DNA from: Bacteriovoracaceae bacterium
Lineage (GTDB): Bacteria > Bdellovibrionota > Bacteriovoracia > Bacteriovoracales > Bacteriovoracaceae
Assembly (NCBI GenBank): GCA_018649885.1
Contig: JABIHA010000127.1
Location: 1-64,000, forward strand
Reading direction: 5' to 3'
Length of the DNA: 64,000 bases
The notes under the pieces are model-generated. The model made no database searches and was not told the DNA's origin. It worked only from the letters and a program-made list of their open reading frames with translations. Numbering within the stretch: the stretch's first letter is position 1; every line of letters starts with the position of its first letter. Both the position numbers and the translations under genes were made by a program. Below are positions 54,098 to 62,737 of this stretch, piece after piece.

Positions 54098-54854
54098 TAA
54101 GATTCCAATCATAGTCCATGTAATCAATTCTAGTCGATTTATTCTTTATGAGTTGTTGCTCAGAAATATCTTGGGTAAAGTAAGTTGCTAGAAAATTTGG
54201 GACACTACCAAACTTTTTCTTAAAGTCACCTTTGTACCATTTAAAAATTTTACTCAAATTAAGTGTCTGCTTTTTTAAGTTCCAGCGATTTTTTTTCCTA
54301 TCAGTAATAAAAGAAAAAGTGGCCTTTTCAAGTTGAGAATTTAAAGAGGTTGGGTAGAAGGCTTCAGGGTATAGGTTTGGGCAACCAATAGACGCGCAGT
54401 TCACTGCAAAGTGAATCCTGGGTTCATTGAAGTTTTTTCTAATCATGTCGTGCTCAATACCATCGAGACTTCTTTCTTCTTCAAGGAGAATGAAAAATTT
54501 CTTTTTCCAAGGACTGGTAAAAAGTGAGCCCAGCTTTTTAATTGATTCTAATGGGAAATTATCTACTATGAGTTTTACGGTGAAGGCATTGTAAGCATTG
54601 ATCAGAAATGCCAGCTTTTCATTTTTTGAAAATGCATTGTATTCTTTTTTACTTACAGCAGTTAAGCTACCCAGGTATTTAACCAAAAGATTTTTTTCTT
54701 TTTTTACTCCACGGTAATTTACCAAGTTTTGCTTACCATTTTTTCTCATATTCTTTTTGAGAATCATTGACCACTCTCTATGCGAGTGATCGAAGGCGTA
54801 AGAATTCGATAGGACAAAAAATGCGCAAATTGTGAATAGTGATTTTAGCAACAT
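54087..54854 (-). CDS. DUF547 domain protein (secreted)
   Basis: LAFLINAYNA, EPRIHFAVNCASIGCP, LSKIFKWY, YDW.LN. Confidence 0.93.
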   Translation of the reverse strand: MLLKSLFTICAFFVLSNSYAFDHSHREWSMILKKNMRKNGKQNLVNYRGVKKEKNLLVKYLGSLTAVSKKEYNAFSKNEKLAFLINAYNAFTVKLIVDNFPLESIKKLGSLFTSPWKKKFFILLEEERSLDGIEHDMIRKNFNEPRIHFAVNCASIGCPNLYPEAFYPTSLNSQLEKATFSFITDRKKNRWNLKKQTLNLSKIFKWYKGDFKKKFGSVPNFLATYFTQDISEQQLIKNKSTRIDYMDYDWNLNGY

Positions 54855-55900
54855 GATCCCTCCGTAGAGTTTTTGCCACTAACCCCTTCAAATGGTGATG
54901 AACTACCACAGCCAGGAAAAATGCCATAATGGTCGTCAAAGGTTCCATAAAAATCGAAATGTTTTTCAAAACGAGTATTTTTTAACATCAAAAATGTATT
55001 TCCACAGACTTTCTCCAACTTTGCTTTTTCAAAGTTGTGATGGCCATCTAAATCAAATGATGTGGGTTGTTCTGAAATTGTTCCTTTATAGGCCACACTC
55101 TGTCCATAATCTTCACAGTCATCCTCAAGTCCATCAACTTTAAATAGTCTGTAGGTTAGGGAGTAAAATTCTGTTCCCTCTAGTTTTTCTTTGATCGAAT
55201 CATTTTCAATGGTAATTGGTTTTTTGCTAACACAACGAGCATCACGAAAGCCCACGGCCTTTGCAATCTTCAAAAAATCATTCCAGTAAAGAGCTCCACT
55301 AAGACATTCTCCGTAGAGAACTGGATCAGCTTGCAATTCGGCTGATATTCTTCTGCTGGCGTAAACATCTGAGAAATAGAATTCGCCACCAGACTTTAAT
55401 TTGTTGAAACAATCTCTTAGAACTTTTTCTTTATTTTTACATAAGTTAATCACGCAGTTTGAAATGATTAAATCAAAGTAATCATTTTTAAGGGGAGTTT
55501 CTTCCATTTCATCAATATTGCCTTTGATAAAACTAATATTGGGTTTTTGGTAAGAAAATTTCTCCGTGTGATAATCTACATACTTATTTGCAACGAGAAG
55601 TTGCTCATCTGTCATATCAAGACCTACAACTTCACCACTTTCACCCACGAGTTTTGAGGTGATATAAGCATCTCTGCCACTTCCAGATCCAAGATCGAGA
55701 ACTTTAAGGCCTGCTAGCTCACTGGGAATGGCAAGACCACAGCCGTAATACTTTCTATGAACTTCATCATGGACTAAGGACATTGCCTCTTTGATAAAAT
55801 TTGGCGGCGGCTCTAATGTGCAGCACGCGTTTGTTTTTAAATCATCAGACTCTTTTAATTCTTTTCCGTAGTACTCTTGAACTTCTTGGTGGATGTCCAT
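54845..55900 (-). CDS. arsM: Arsenite methyltransferase
   Basis: LKTNACC, YYGCG, LDLGSGSGRD, SNCVINL, GECLSGA and terminal CC. Confidence 0.9.
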   Translation of the reverse strand: MDIHQEVQEYYGKELKESDDLKTNACCTLEPPPNFIKEAMSLVHDEVHRKYYGCGLAIPSELAGLKVLDLGSGSGRDAYITSKLVGESGEVVGLDMTDEQLLVANKYVDYHTEKFSYQKPNISFIKGNIDEMEETPLKNDYFDLIISNCVINLCKNKEKVLRDCFNKLKSGGEFYFSDVYASRRISAELQADPVLYGECLSGALYWNDFLKIAKAVGFRDARCVSKKPITIENDSIKEKLEGTEFYSLTYRLFKVDGLEDDCEDYGQSVAYKGTISEQPTSFDLDGHHNFEKAKLEKVCGNTFLMLKNTRFEKHFDFYGTFDDHYGIFPGCGSSSPFEGVSGKNSTEGSCC

Positions 55901-58035
55901 ACTTTTTCACCTCGCACATAGCTATGAAATTTTTCTATAAATCTTAAAAGTTTTTCTGGTTTTCTATTTTGCTTATAAACTCCGGCCAGGTATTTATTTG
56001 CCTCGCTCATTGTTGGGTAGGGATGAATAGTTCCCAGTATTTTATTTAACCCCAATCCATGCTTCATAGCAAAGGTAAATTCGCTTAAAAGCTCTCCAGC
56101 ATTGTATCCAACTATGGTGGCACCTAAAATTCTATCACTTCCTGTCTTGGTGATTACCTTCACAAATCCTGCTGCTTCACCTTCACAAATGGCCCTATCC
56201 AAATCATCTATGCCATATTTTGTGACTTCATATGAAAGTCCTTGCTCTTTAGCTGCTCTCTCATTCACTCCCACAGTTGCAACCTCTGGATCGAGATAGG
56301 TGCACCAAGGAATTGTTTGATAGTCCACCTTGAATTTCTTCACTGCACCAAAGAGTGCATTAACAGATGTGTACCAAGCTTGATGGGCCGCTACGTGAGT
56401 TAGCTGATAGGGCCCTGTTACATCTCCGCAGGCGTATATATTGGGATAGTTTGTCTGTAGATACTCATTGGCCTCTATAGTGCCATTTCTTCTTAGTTCA
56501 ACCCCTAGCTCTTCAAGGCCAAATCCTTTGGTGTTTGCCTTTCTTCCAACTGCCACTAGCACCTTATCAAATTCGATGATGACTTCACCGATAGCACTAG
56601 AGCAAGTAAGCCGGTTACCCTTAAACTTAATGGCCTTGTGAGTTGTGAGAATATTGACTCCTTCTTTTTCGAGCTTATTTTTGACAAATTCACTGACTTC
56701 CTCATCTTCTCTAGCTAAAAGCAAGGGCGCCATTTCTACAACGCTAACACTTGAGCCCAGTCTATTAAATGTTTGTGCCATTTCTAGACCTATTGGTCCT
56801 CCTCCTAGAACAATAAGTCTTTTGGGAAGCTCTTCTAATTTCCAAAGATTTTCAGATGTTAATACATCTGCTTTTTCAATCCCTGGAATTGGGGGGACAA
56901 ATGGTGAGGCACCCGTTGCAACGACAATATTTTTTGTTTTAATAATTTGGCCGTTAACTTCGACTTCCCAAGGAGATATAATTTTGGCCTCTCCAGAGAA
57001 ACATTCAACTCCCAGAGATGAATACCTTTCCACAGAGTCATGGGGTTCAATTTTTTCTATAACCTTTTGAACTCGATTCATTACATTTTTAAAGTCGAAT
57101 TCTATTTCAGTACTTGTTAATCCCAGCTCATTTGCCTTTTTGGCCATATGAAGAATTTTTGCTGATTTAATAATTGCCTTTGAGGGGACACATCCCGTGT
57201 TGAGGCAATCACCTCCCATTTTATCTTTTTCAATTAAGGCGACTCTAGCTTTAACAGCGGCTCCAATATAAGATGTCACAAGTCCAGCTGCTCCTCCTCC
57301 GATGGCCACAATATTGTAGTCAAACACCTCGGGCTTTTTGAACTTTTTGTAAACAGAGTTTGCTTTAAATTTATCTACAATCTTTTTTGAGATAATTGGA
57401 ATTAGGCCAAGTACGGTGAATGAGAGAAGGATTGAAGGAGATAGTATGCCTGAGATCGATTTTAATTTTGAGAGCTGAAGTCCTGCATTAACATAGGCCA
57501 TAGTCCCTAGAATCATCCCTATTTGGCTGACGAAAAAATAAGTGTGAGTTTTAATTTTGGTAAGGCCCATTACAAGGTTAACTAAAAAGAAAGGGAAAAG
57601 AGGAACCAGCCTTAAAGAGAAGAGGTAGAATGCTCCCTCTTTTTCAATTCCCTTATTAATTGAGTTGATCTTGCTGGCAAATTTCTTTTCAACAAAATCT
57701 CTTAAAACTAACCTTGCCACCAAAAAAGCCAGCGTTGCTCCTATGGTACTGGCAAAGGAAACAATGATTGTCCCAGTAACAAATCCAAATATCGCACCAC
57801 CAACCAAGGTAAGAACAGTCGCGCCTGGAAGTGATAGTGCGGTAGAGACAATATAAATGAGAGCATAACTGCCAATAGTTAATATTTGATTTTGAGCATA
57901 AAAAGATCTGATGGAATCTAAATTTTGTTGGAAGTAATCCAGACTTAGATATGATTGAAGATTAAAAATCTTTACTACGGCTAGTAAAATTAAAATTAAT
58001 AAAATTATCAAAATTTTTGTTTGCTTCTTTTTCAT
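55855..58035 (-). CDS. TVP38/DedA (SNARE-associated) membrane domain fused to a pyridine nucleotide-disulfide oxidoreductase
   Basis: LRLVPLFPFF in the N-terminal TM domain; GGGAAG, GGDCLNTGCVPSK, HPYPTMSE; no MerA C-terminal CC. Confidence 0.92.
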   Translation of the reverse strand: MKKKQTKILIILLILILLAVVKIFNLQSYLSLDYFQQNLDSIRSFYAQNQILTIGSYALIYIVSTALSLPGATVLTLVGGAIFGFVTGTIIVSFASTIGATLAFLVARLVLRDFVEKKFASKINSINKGIEKEGAFYLFSLRLVPLFPFFLVNLVMGLTKIKTHTYFFVSQIGMILGTMAYVNAGLQLSKLKSISGILSPSILLSFTVLGLIPIISKKIVDKFKANSVYKKFKKPEVFDYNIVAIGGGAAGLVTSYIGAAVKARVALIEKDKMGGDCLNTGCVPSKAIIKSAKILHMAKKANELGLTSTEIEFDFKNVMNRVQKVIEKIEPHDSVERYSSLGVECFSGEAKIISPWEVEVNGQIIKTKNIVVATGASPFVPPIPGIEKADVLTSENLWKLEELPKRLIVLGGGPIGLEMAQTFNRLGSSVSVVEMAPLLLAREDEEVSEFVKNKLEKEGVNILTTHKAIKFKGNRLTCSSAIGEVIIEFDKVLVAVGRKANTKGFGLEELGVELRRNGTIEANEYLQTNYPNIYACGDVTGPYQLTHVAAHQAWYTSVNALFGAVKKFKVDYQTIPWCTYLDPEVATVGVNERAAKEQGLSYEVTKYGIDDLDRAICEGEAAGFVKVITKTGSDRILGATIVGYNAGELLSEFTFAMKHGLGLNKILGTIHPYPTMSEANKYLAGVYKQNRKPEKLLRFIEKFHSYVRGEKVWTSTKKFKSTTEKN

Positions 58036-58078
58036 ACTCGCCTATATATTTATTTCAGGTTCATCCCGGTTACCTTTG

Positions 58079-58107
58079 TTAGTGTGCCGAGATGGTATAT
58101 TGTTACA
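58079..58107 (-). promoter_or_regulatory. Putative ECF promoter, copy 2 (arsM operon)
   Basis: Minus strand reads TGTAACA-atataccatctcggc-ACACTAA. Confidence 0.7.
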
Positions 58108-58143
58108 CAAGATTATTTATTAAAAGGTGCAAGCATTAAAGTA

Positions 58144-58716
58144 GTGGACCCCGAATTTACCCAGAAGTTGAAAAATGGAGATAAAGACGCCATGTCTAAA
58201 ATCGTCCATGACTACTCGTCCCATCTATTCAAAGCAGCTCTGGGTCTAGGTTTTGATGAAAATGAGTCCAAAGAGTTGACTCAAAAAACCATGGTTAAAT
58301 TCGTGGAAGTGGTCCATAAATTTGAGGGTAGGTCTCATATTCGGACCTTTTTATTCGGCATTTTCTATAATCACGTTCATGAGGCGAGAAGATCCTTCAA
58401 AAAGGCCCAAAGCCATGACCCTATTGATGAAGTGGCGGAGTCGATGTTCGATGAGCGTGGCAATTGGCAAAAAGATGCCAGGGTAAGTTCCCCAGAAAAG
58501 TTTTTAGAAGCCTGTCAAACTATGGATATCATTGAATTATGCTTAGATAAGTTACCCATAAGACAGAAGATGGCCTTCACACTAAAATTTGTTGATTCCG
58601 CCGAAACGAGTGAAATATGTAACTTATTGACGGTTTCTGACACTAACCTAAGACAGCTGCTTTTTAGAGCAAAGAGTAGGCTGAGACTCTGTGTTGAGTC
58701 TCACATGAATAAATAA
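58144..58716 (+). CDS. ECF RNA polymerase sigma factor
   Basis: FEGRS..RT.L.GI region 2, FDERG.W, EIC..L.VS..N...LLFRA..RLR.C region 4; start uncertain. Confidence 0.92.
   Translation: MDPEFTQKLKNGDKDAMSKIVHDYSSHLFKAALGLGFDENESKELTQKTMVKFVEVVHKFEGRSHIRTFLFGIFYNHVHEARRSFKKAQSHDPIDEVAESMFDERGNWQKDARVSSPEKFLEACQTMDIIELCLDKLPIRQKMAFTLKFVDSAETSEICNLLTVSDTNLRQLLFRAKSRLRLCVESHMNK
58618..58646 (+). promoter_or_regulatory. Putative ECF promoter, copy 3 (inside the sigma gene, facing the anti-sigma)
   Basis: TGTAACT-tattgacggtttctg-ACACTAA. Confidence 0.5.
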
Positions 58717-58726
58717 GGACGCGAGA

Positions 58727-58972
58727 ATGTTAAGTTGCAAAGAACTTTACGAACATTTGGCCAGTGGCAAAGAGCTTACTAGGATCCAAAAGCTTCAGTA
58801 TCCTATGCACCTTTTTATGTGTCACAACTGCAAAAAAATTGCCTCTCAATTTAAAACCATAAATTCTAGCTTTAAAAAAGTCGTGACCAAGAGAATGGAA
58901 AAGGCAAGTGAAGATAAAATTAGCGAGCTGGAAAAAAGCGTTTGGGAAGAAGTAGAGCGTAAAATTTCTTAA
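58727..58972 (+). CDS. Soluble zinc-finger (zf-HC2/ZAS) anti-sigma factor
   Basis: SCKE...HLFMCHNC (HxxxCxxC), directly after the sigma gene. Confidence 0.88.
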   Translation: MLSCKELYEHLASGKELTRIQKLQYPMHLFMCHNCKKIASQFKTINSSFKKVVTKRMEKASEDKISELEKSVWEEVERKIS

Positions 58973-60236
58973 AGTAAACTTCGAAGTAATTAAACAAAAT
59001 TGGAAAATACCACATGTGGACTAAAACCTCTGCAAGTCGGTTGTACTGGTAATATCCATAAGGGGTATAAGACAGGCAGCTAAAAAAGGCGTAGGCCATG
59101 GCCCACTTATTTTTTGTATATAGTGAAAATAGTAAAAACCAAATTGTGTACCAGGGATTGAATACAGGTGAGAAAAATATCATGGAGCTGTGAAGGATCA
59201 CTCCTGCTTCAAAAAAGGCACCTTTTTGCAGAGGCCTTGTCATCACTTTTAAATGCACAAGAGTCACGACCATTAAAAATGCTGCAAATGTAATCTGCCT
59301 CGCCAGTGGAATTTCTAGTTCAAGTAGATTAACTAAAAGTGAGTAAAATCCGGGAATCCATACCCAGTCCTTACTAAAACTGAGTACACCACTAAGTAAA
59401 TTCAAATCAGTGATGTGGAACCAAAAAAATAGTCCAAGAGATAGGGGAATAAAAGCTGAAGCTAATATGCTCCTAACTTTGTTAATAGGTGTGGTTTTAT
59501 TTGTAATAAAAAAAATAGGGAGAGTCACCACGCCAATGAGTTTGCTCCAAAAGCTCATGAAATAAAGTCCATAGGTTAATAGCGTTCGTTTCCCATCTTT
59601 TTCCTTCAGCGCAAAAAGAGGTAATAGAAAAACTGCTGCAAAAAGATCTATATGAACAGCTTGAATATATTCTTTTTGTAAAAGAGGAAAAAATACACAT
59701 AAGTAAAGAGCAGGCGTATTTCTTTTTGTGAAAAACCTAAATACTAAAGCAATCAGAAGTGCATTGAGGAGCATTAAACCCCGGAAAGCAAATTCGAAGG
59801 GGAGCTTGGCCACCAGGCTAAACCACAGTATTCCCAGCGGAGGATAAATCGTCGTGAGGTTGGAAAACCCAATACGATTTTTAGCCGCGTATTCGATATG
59901 TGACAGGGCCGCGTGGTCTGGGGATAGAAGGTAGGGGCTGAGGCCACTGGCCATAACTTTCCCCTCCCATATATAGCGGTAATGATCATTTTCAAAAATT
60001 GGTGAGTGAGAACACATTACCATTACCACACCGATGAAAAAGGCCACAGGTGAGAGTTCAAAATTAGTGGAGTGTTTTTTTAAAAGCACTAAGCACAAGG
60101 CCAGAAATCCAAAATTGTATAAGATGTAATAGATACCACCAAAGTACTCCGGTCCCGGAGATTTTAGTGCGTAGGAAACTACTGCTAGGAAAAGTGCATT
60201 AAGTATCCAAAGAAAATTGATCTTATTTTTTGTCAT
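58920..60236 (-). CDS. Polytopic GT-C-type (DUF2029/GT87-like) glycosyltransferase
   Basis: D.YRY.WEG, TIYPP, H.D, K and PWY motifs; many TM helices. Confidence 0.82.
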   Translation of the reverse strand: MTKNKINFLWILNALFLAVVSYALKSPGPEYFGGIYYILYNFGFLALCLVLLKKHSTNFELSPVAFFIGVVMVMCSHSPIFENDHYRYIWEGKVMASGLSPYLLSPDHAALSHIEYAAKNRIGFSNLTTIYPPLGILWFSLVAKLPFEFAFRGLMLLNALLIALVFRFFTKRNTPALYLCVFFPLLQKEYIQAVHIDLFAAVFLLPLFALKEKDGKRTLLTYGLYFMSFWSKLIGVVTLPIFFITNKTTPINKVRSILASAFIPLSLGLFFWFHITDLNLLSGVLSFSKDWVWIPGFYSLLVNLLELEIPLARQITFAAFLMVVTLVHLKVMTRPLQKGAFFEAGVILHSSMIFFSPVFNPWYTIWFLLFSLYTKNKWAMAYAFFSCLSYTPYGYYQYNRLAEVLVHMWYFPILFNYFEVYFKKFYALLLPKRFFPAR

Positions 60237-60241
60237 ATCCA

Positions 60242-60270
60242 TTAGTGTGAAATATATGTAAATTGTGACA
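60242..60270 (-). promoter_or_regulatory. Putative ECF promoter, copy 4 (GT-C gene)
   Basis: Minus strand reads TGTCACA-atttacatatatttc-ACACTAA. Confidence 0.7.
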
Positions 60271-60305
60271 CTTTTTCAAACGAGGTCGTAATTAGTAAAA
60301 AAGAT

Positions 60306-61016
60306 GTGATTGTCATTATCCCCGCCTTGAATGAAGAAGATTCTATCGGCTTGGTTTTACAAGAGATTCCCATGAAAAGGGTCAAACAAGTTATTGTTGT
60401 TAATAATGACTCAAGTGATCAAACAGCTTGTGTTGCAACCAAGCATGGCGCTCATGTGGTTCATGAACCAATTCGTGGCTACGGTAAGTGTTGCCTGACA
60501 GGAATCGCTGAGGCCAGAAAAGATCCAGCTGACATAGTGGTTTTTTTAGATGGAGATTACTCTGATCACCCAGAGGAGATGGACCAACTCCTTTCTAAGC
60601 TTGATAGCGGATACGACTTTGTCATAGGAAGTAGAATGCTTGGAAAAGCAAAGCCGGGGGCGCTTCTTCCTCAGGCCCGGTTTGGAAACTGGCTGGCCAC
60701 AACACTTACTAAATGGTTTTTTGGAGGAGTTGCCTTCTCTGACCTGGGACCATTCAGGGCCATTAAGTGGAGCTCGCTTGAGAGAATAAAAATGTGCGAT
60801 GAAGACTTTGGTTGGACTATGGAGATGCAAGTTAAGGCCATAAGCTTTGGGCTTAAATACACAGAAGTCAGCGTCAGTTATCGAAAGCGCGTAGGAGTTT
60901 CTAAAATTACCGGAACAGTCTGCGGAACTATCAAGGCCGGTTACAAAATTCTCTATACTATTTTTAAGTACCGCATTCTTAGTTGGATTAAATCAAGCTC
61001 ATTTTCTTCAAAATAA
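60306..61016 (+). CDS. GT2 (DPM1-like) glycosyltransferase
   Basis: IIPALNEE, FLDGDYSD, DLGPFRAI and GVSKI motifs. Confidence 0.93.
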   Translation: MIVIIPALNEEDSIGLVLQEIPMKRVKQVIVVNNDSSDQTACVATKHGAHVVHEPIRGYGKCCLTGIAEARKDPADIVVFLDGDYSDHPEEMDQLLSKLDSGYDFVIGSRMLGKAKPGALLPQARFGNWLATTLTKWFFGGVAFSDLGPFRAIKWSSLERIKMCDEDFGWTMEMQVKAISFGLKYTEVSVSYRKRVGVSKITGTVCGTIKAGYKILYTIFKYRILSWIKSSSFSSK

Positions 61017-61062
61017 CAAATACATAGAGTAGCTTACAGGGGAAGTGTCCCGATCTCTTTCT

Positions 61063-61148
61063 CGGGACGCTTTGTCCCCAAGGCTATTGCCATCCTCAAA
61101 TTCATTGACTAAAACTAAGTCAACTAGAAAACGGAACGTAGTGTCCCG
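61063..61148. promoter_or_regulatory. Two CGGRAC-N5-GTYCC palindromes flanking a TTGACT-N7-AGTCAA palindrome
   Basis: CGGGAC-gcttt-GTCCCC (61063-61079), CGGAAC-gtagt-GTCCCG (61132-61148), and 61105-61123. Confidence 0.55.
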
Positions 61149-61165
61149 ACAACTTTGGAGAAGAT

Positions 61166-61756
61166 ATGAAATACTTGGTTTTAACATTTGTAATGGTTGC
61201 ATCTCTTATGGGAAGAGAGGCCCACGCCCTAACAGTAAGTGTTGCCCCGCTTAAAGCAAAAGCAGAAGTTTCAGCATTTGGCCTAACAATTAAAGCAAAC
61301 GGTGAAGCGGCAGTTGTGCTAGCTGGCAAGATGGCACAAGAGGCTGCGGAGATTGCAGGAATGACTATTAATACAGCAAAGGATGTAATTGTTCTCACAG
61401 GCAGTGAAGTTGATGAGTTCTTAAGAAATGCAGCAGGTGTTGGTTACGATGTTTCTAAGAGAGTATGGCTTGAAACTAAAGAAGTAGGAGAGTTTGCTCT
61501 TAATGTGGTGAGATCAGCTTACGAGTACCACAAGCTTGCAGTTAACTTTACTTACAAACAATCAAAAAAAGTTATTAAGAAACTTGGAAAAGGATTGAAA
61601 AAAATCAGCAAAAAAGGAGTTTATTTTATCTCTAGAACTGGCGAGCGAACTTTAAAAACTGGAGAGGAAGTTCTTCTAACAGTTGTTTCAACTCCGGTTT
61701 ACTTAGCTTGCTTGATTACTTATCCAATATTCAACTTTTGTGATCTTGATCTTTAA
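61166..61756 (+). CDS. Hypothetical secreted helical protein
   Basis: GGAG RBS, signal peptide, followed by a terminator. Confidence 0.75.
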   Translation: MKYLVLTFVMVASLMGREAHALTVSVAPLKAKAEVSAFGLTIKANGEAAVVLAGKMAQEAAEIAGMTINTAKDVIVLTGSEVDEFLRNAAGVGYDVSKRVWLETKEVGEFALNVVRSAYEYHKLAVNFTYKQSKKVIKKLGKGLKKISKKGVYFISRTGERTLKTGEEVLLTVVSTPVYLACLITYPIFNFCDLDL

Positions 61757-61776
61757 AATTTAATAAACAAAAAATG

Positions 61777-61806
61777 AAAAGGGAGCTAGCTGGCTCCCTT
61801 TTTTTT
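61777..61806. terminator. Bidirectional intrinsic terminator
   Basis: AAAAGGGAGC...GCTCCCTTTTTTTT between convergent genes. Confidence 0.85.
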
Positions 61807-61808
61807 AT

Positions 61809-62729
61809 TTAAAGTTTAAAATTGGTATTTAAGATTTGATTGCTCCAAGAAATCCTTTTTTGATCATTTATAGAGTAACCATACAGTGAATCACCTATCA
61901 GAGTGTATATGGCTTTTTGTTCAACTCTTTTTTCGAAGTCTTTATCAACATGTCCAGAATAATTTTCCACTACCATATGATAAAATTTACGATTAGATGC
62001 CCATATACAAGCAAAGTCTGCTGCTGGATCTCCAATGGCCATATCTGTCCAGTCGATAATTCCGGTGATCTTATTTTCTGCTCCCCCACAAATAATATGT
62101 TCAACACCTAAATCATTGTGAGTGAGAACCTTTTTTCCAAGAAAAGGTGTAATGCCCTTGTACTTTTCAAAGAGTATATTGAATTTATTCCATACACTTA
62201 TTGGAATCATACCTTTCATTTCTTCAAGATTTTTTTTTGTCTCATCTCTAAAGTCTTTTGTAACTTCACTTCTTTCTTCAAAAATAGAGAGGTTTTCAAT
62301 TTTTTTCAATGTATTCAAACTGTGCAAGGTCGTTAAAAAATCTCCCATGGTTTTTGCGTTAGCGATTGTTGCATATTGACTGGGAGGTATCTCGATAATG
62401 GGAGCACCTTCAATTTTTTTATAACCACCGATTGTATTGGGGAAGACCTTCGAGGAATGAGAAATAAATGAATAATCTGGGGATAAAATGGGAAGCGAGT
62501 CGCTTAAAAGCTTCATCACCTCTAGTTCTTTGTTGAATAAGGAGTTGTATTTGTCTCGTCTAGGAAAACGAAAGATAAATTCAGCGTTGATTTCAAAACA
62601 ATTAAAATCCCATCCACTACCAAGAAATTTTATAGATGATACTAAAAGTTCGGGAAAAGCTTCAGCCAGAATAAGTTTCGCCTTCGCACAATCCAAAGAA
62701 TATTGATCTTCCCACTGCTTTGGGTCCAT
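61809..62729 (-). CDS. Aminoglycoside phosphotransferase (APH)-family kinase
   Basis: GSGWD, FRFPR, HNDL...HI, GIIDW.D..IGDPA.D. Confidence 0.88.
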   Translation of the reverse strand: MDPKQWEDQYSLDCAKAKLILAEAFPELLVSSIKFLGSGWDFNCFEINAEFIFRFPRRDKYNSLFNKELEVMKLLSDSLPILSPDYSFISHSSKVFPNTIGGYKKIEGAPIIEIPPSQYATIANAKTMGDFLTTLHSLNTLKKIENLSIFEERSEVTKDFRDETKKNLEEMKGMIPISVWNKFNILFEKYKGITPFLGKKVLTHNDLGVEHIICGGAENKITGIIDWTDMAIGDPAADFACIWASNRKFYHMVVENYSGHVDKDFEKRVEQKAIYTLIGDSLYGYSINDQKRISWSNQILNTNFKL

Positions 62730-62737
62730 GGTATGCC

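Noticed and set aside
54845..55900. Selenocysteine recoding in the arsM cluster
   Set aside because: The ORFs are intact without in-frame TGA; arsM ends CC-TAA
55855..58035. Mercuric reductase MerA
   Set aside because: Lacks the C-terminal Cys pair and there are no mer genes nearby
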